Of a DNA stretch of 64,000 nucleotides, positions 61,803 through 64,000 are shown piece by piece (position 1 is the stretch's first letter; each line of letters starts with the position of its first letter). Source of the stretch: Candidatus Ozemobacteraceae bacterium (GTDB lineage: Bacteria > Muiribacteriota > Ozemobacteria > Ozemobacterales > Ozemobacteraceae); contig OZ223236.1 of assembly GCA_965140445.1 (NCBI GenBank), positions 1,888,001-1,952,000 of the forward strand, given 5' to 3'. The notes under the pieces are model-generated. The model saw nothing but the letters and a program-made list of their open reading frames with translations. It was not told the origin of the DNA and searched no databases. Both the position numbers and the translations under genes were made by a program.

Positions 61803-62813
61803 TTAGCCTTTTTGAGTTTTTACAAACTCAGCCATTTGAACTTTTAGCTTACTTATTGCTTCTTCTGCAACCTGATCGAGTGGCTCGTTTTTATTGCATC
61901 CGGAAGCTGGTATATGTCCACCACCGCCCATAGAGACAGCAACTTCTTTTACGTTAAACCCGCCTTTAGATCTGAATTCACAAAACGAGCTTTTTTCCGC
62001 GTTTTCAAATATTGTAACACTTGCTATAACACCTTCCATAGAAGTCATGGTGTTAAAAATCCCGCTTCCAAAAACATTTCCAAATCCTGCATTTAAGCTT
62101 TGGAGTGTTTCCCAGGAGATTTTTAAGGTCGCTAATTTTCCATCAGCTTCGAGCTTGAAGTTTGAAAGTCCATAGCCTTGAACTCTAAGGTCGGCTTCAG
62201 CGCGGCTGCAATTCAATGTGTTAAGAATTGGTGTCGTATCAACTCCAGTCCTTAAAAGAGTTGCAGCGGCAAGGTGTGCAGTGTGTCTAAGCCCTTCATT
62301 CTGGAAAAACCTTGAATCGGTTAGTAAGCCAAGAAATAAGCTAAGAGCAACATCCGTATCAATTTCTATTTTACAGTGGTCTAACAGGGCAACAATCATT
62401 TCGCAAGTAGATGAAGCAGAGGTATCAACATAATTAATATTACCAAAATTGGTATTGCTTGCATGATGGTCTATGTTTACTACTACTGGATCAGAGCTCT
62501 TGTGTTTAAATGTTAGCCCGGTTCTACATTCATCTCCCGAATCCAGAATGAAAACGGCGTCGTGATCGGTTTCAATTTCCGGGCCGCGAAGATATTCCTG
62601 ATCTGGAAAGGTAAAGGCAAAATTTTCCGGGATTTTGTCCAGAAAAGCTATGTCTACCTTCTTGCCATATTTTCTCAGGGCTTTTACAAAGCCACCAACA
62701 GAACCAGTTGCATCGCCATCTGGACGCATATGACCAGCTACAAGAAATCTTGAACCTTTATCTATAAGTGTTTTTAGTTGATTAACTACCTCAACCAGAT
62801 TACTGGGTAGCAT
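61803..62813 (-). CDS. Second DHH/DHHA1 phosphoesterase (NrnA-like)
   Basis: HMRPDGDA, NIDHHASN, LTDSRFF, FRSK, GGGGHIPASG; start likely ATG 62813. Confidence 0.9.
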   Translation of the reverse strand: MLPSNLVEVVNQLKTLIDKGSRFLVAGHMRPDGDATGSVGGFVKALRKYGKKVDIAFLDKIPENFAFTFPDQEYLRGPEIETDHDAVFILDSGDECRTGLTFKHKSSDPVVVNIDHHASNTNFGNINYVDTSASSTCEMIVALLDHCKIEIDTDVALSLFLGLLTDSRFFQNEGLRHTAHLAAATLLRTGVDTTPILNTLNCSRAEADLRVQGYGLSNFKLEADGKLATLKISWETLQSLNAGFGNVFGSGIFNTMTSMEGVIASVTIFENAEKSSFCEFRSKGGFNVKEVAVSMGGGGHIPASGCNKNEPLDQVAEEAISKLKVQMAEFVKTQKG

Positions 62814-64000
62814 GTTTGAGAATTGCGTTGATATCACTTGTCATTTCCTTACAATATTTTTCTGGCGGCCCCTTCTTTAGGGTCGCTTCTTCAAGATGGT
62901 CAGCCATTAGATCACGAATTTCAAACCAGACTGTAAGTCTTGGCTCAAAGTGGCAATAATCAAGCTGAACATAAGGGGCTTTTAAGTTTGGATCTTTTGC
63001 TTGTGCATCAAGAAAATATTTTGAAGTTAGAGAAGACTTTCTAACTGGCATATAAGTAGTTCTTACACTCCACTCAGCGCCATTCTCAGTGTTTGTAAAC
63101 CACTTGATGAAGTCCCAGGCACCTTTAATCTTCTCAGGATCGCCATTATTAAATATATTAATGTTACTTCCTGAAAGAATTACTCCTTTTTTTACCTGCA
63201 TTGGCAGAGGAGCTACTCCAAGAGTAAATTCCAGACCCGGTTCCATATAAATTTTACTTACAATACTGCTTTCAATCATTCCAACTTTTTTAGCTTTAAA
63301 GTCATTCTGATGATCAAAGCCTTGTCCTTCACGGGCAATCTTGGCTTTAAGCATATCTTGAACGAATGTTAAGGCTTGAATTGCTGGTGGTTGATCAAGC
63401 ATACATTTTTTGCCGTCATCACTTAGAATCTGCCCACCAAATTGGAGAACTCTGTTTTGAAACATCCAGACATTAGCTTTACTGGTTCCAAAACCATATA
63501 CGGACTTATCTTCGCCAGGGGTGTTCTGGTGATAATCAGTAATGATCTTTGCGTAAGAAGCCAGCTCATAAAGAGTTTCTGGTGGATGTTCAGGATCAAG
63601 TCCTACTTTTTTGAAAAGATCTTTGTTGTAATATAGAACAGGAACACTTTTGTTGAAAGGGAACGAATAGAGTTTCCCATCAAATGTATTGTTGGCCAAA
63701 AGAACAGGAATAATATCGTCTTTGATATTTTCACTTTCAGAAGCAATCAGATCGTCAAGGCAAACAATTTTTTTATGCTTGATGAACTTCTTGGTTAAGG
63801 TCTCATAGTTTTGGGAAATGTCCGGTGCTTCCTTAGCTACAAGAGAAGCAAGGATTTTTTTGGCTAAAGTGTCATAGCCGCCCATACATATACTTTTTAC
63901 ATAGTATTTATCCTGGCTGGCATTATAGCGAGCAACCATATCGTTCATAACTCGCCCTAAAGGACCGCCCATAGCGTGCCAGAAAACTATTTTTACCCTG
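62800..64000 (-). CDS. ABC substrate-binding protein (UgpB-like), 5' end beyond window
   Basis: Frame open to window end (RVKIVFWHAMGG), PFNKSVPVLYYNKD, AWDFIKW, YMPVRKS. Confidence 0.88.
   Translation of the reverse strand, partial: RVKIVFWHAMGGPLGRVMNDMVARYNASQDKYYVKSICMGGYDTLAKKILASLVAKEAPDISQNYETLTKKFIKHKKIVCLDDLIASESENIKDDIIPVLLANNTFDGKLYSFPFNKSVPVLYYNKDLFKKVGLDPEHPPETLYELASYAKIITDYHQNTPGEDKSVYGFGTSKANVWMFQNRVLQFGGQILSDDGKKCMLDQPPAIQALTFVQDMLKAKIAREGQGFDHQNDFKAKKVGMIESSIVSKIYMEPGLEFTLGVAPLPMQVKKGVILSGSNINIFNNGDPEKIKGAWDFIKWFTNTENGAEWSVRTTYMPVRKSSLTSKYFLDAQAKDPNLKAPYVQLDYCHFEPRLTVWFEIRDLMADHLEEATLKKGPPEKYCKEMTSDINAILKHATQ

Overview
AT-rich (roughly upper-30s % GC, by eye) core-genome segment of a diderm bacterium using standard genetic code 11. 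The tandem large membrane HAMP-PP2C proteins and the mix of Firmicutes-like gene order with outer-membrane proteins suggest a poorly characterised lineage such as Ca. Riflebacteria; this is inference only. Left to right: (1) a large zinc-ribbon/acidic-linker/HEAT-repeat protein running off the left edge, missed by the ORF track; (2) an operon behind a perfect sigma70 promoter encoding a HutP-like protein, mannose-family PTS IIA/IIB/IIC/IID, HPr and Enzyme I, with an ABC ATPase and a sugar-binding lipoprotein inserted in the middle; (3) a probable outer-membrane barrel, an unannotated 43-aa Cys-rich ORF, a radical SAM protein, rnhB-fliK-like-flhB-like-yraN, an SLBB polysaccharide-export protein and an ATP-cone/nucleoside kinase; (4) a complete F-type ATP synthase operon bracketed by two alpha-glucan enzymes; (5) polA and the rimP-nusA-infB-rbfA-nrnA-truB-ribF operon; (6) a two-component system followed by a minimised secretin-like protein; (7) an OppA-like protein, DedA, two convergent PP2C sensor phosphatases, recA, anmK and a final partial operon. 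I saw no rRNA, tRNA, CRISPR array or mobile element. Best leads: the HutP-like/PTS/ABC hybrid operon with an internal UAG-repeat plus hairpin element, and the two-component-linked mini-secretin. All family assignments come from motif recognition by eye, not database searches.
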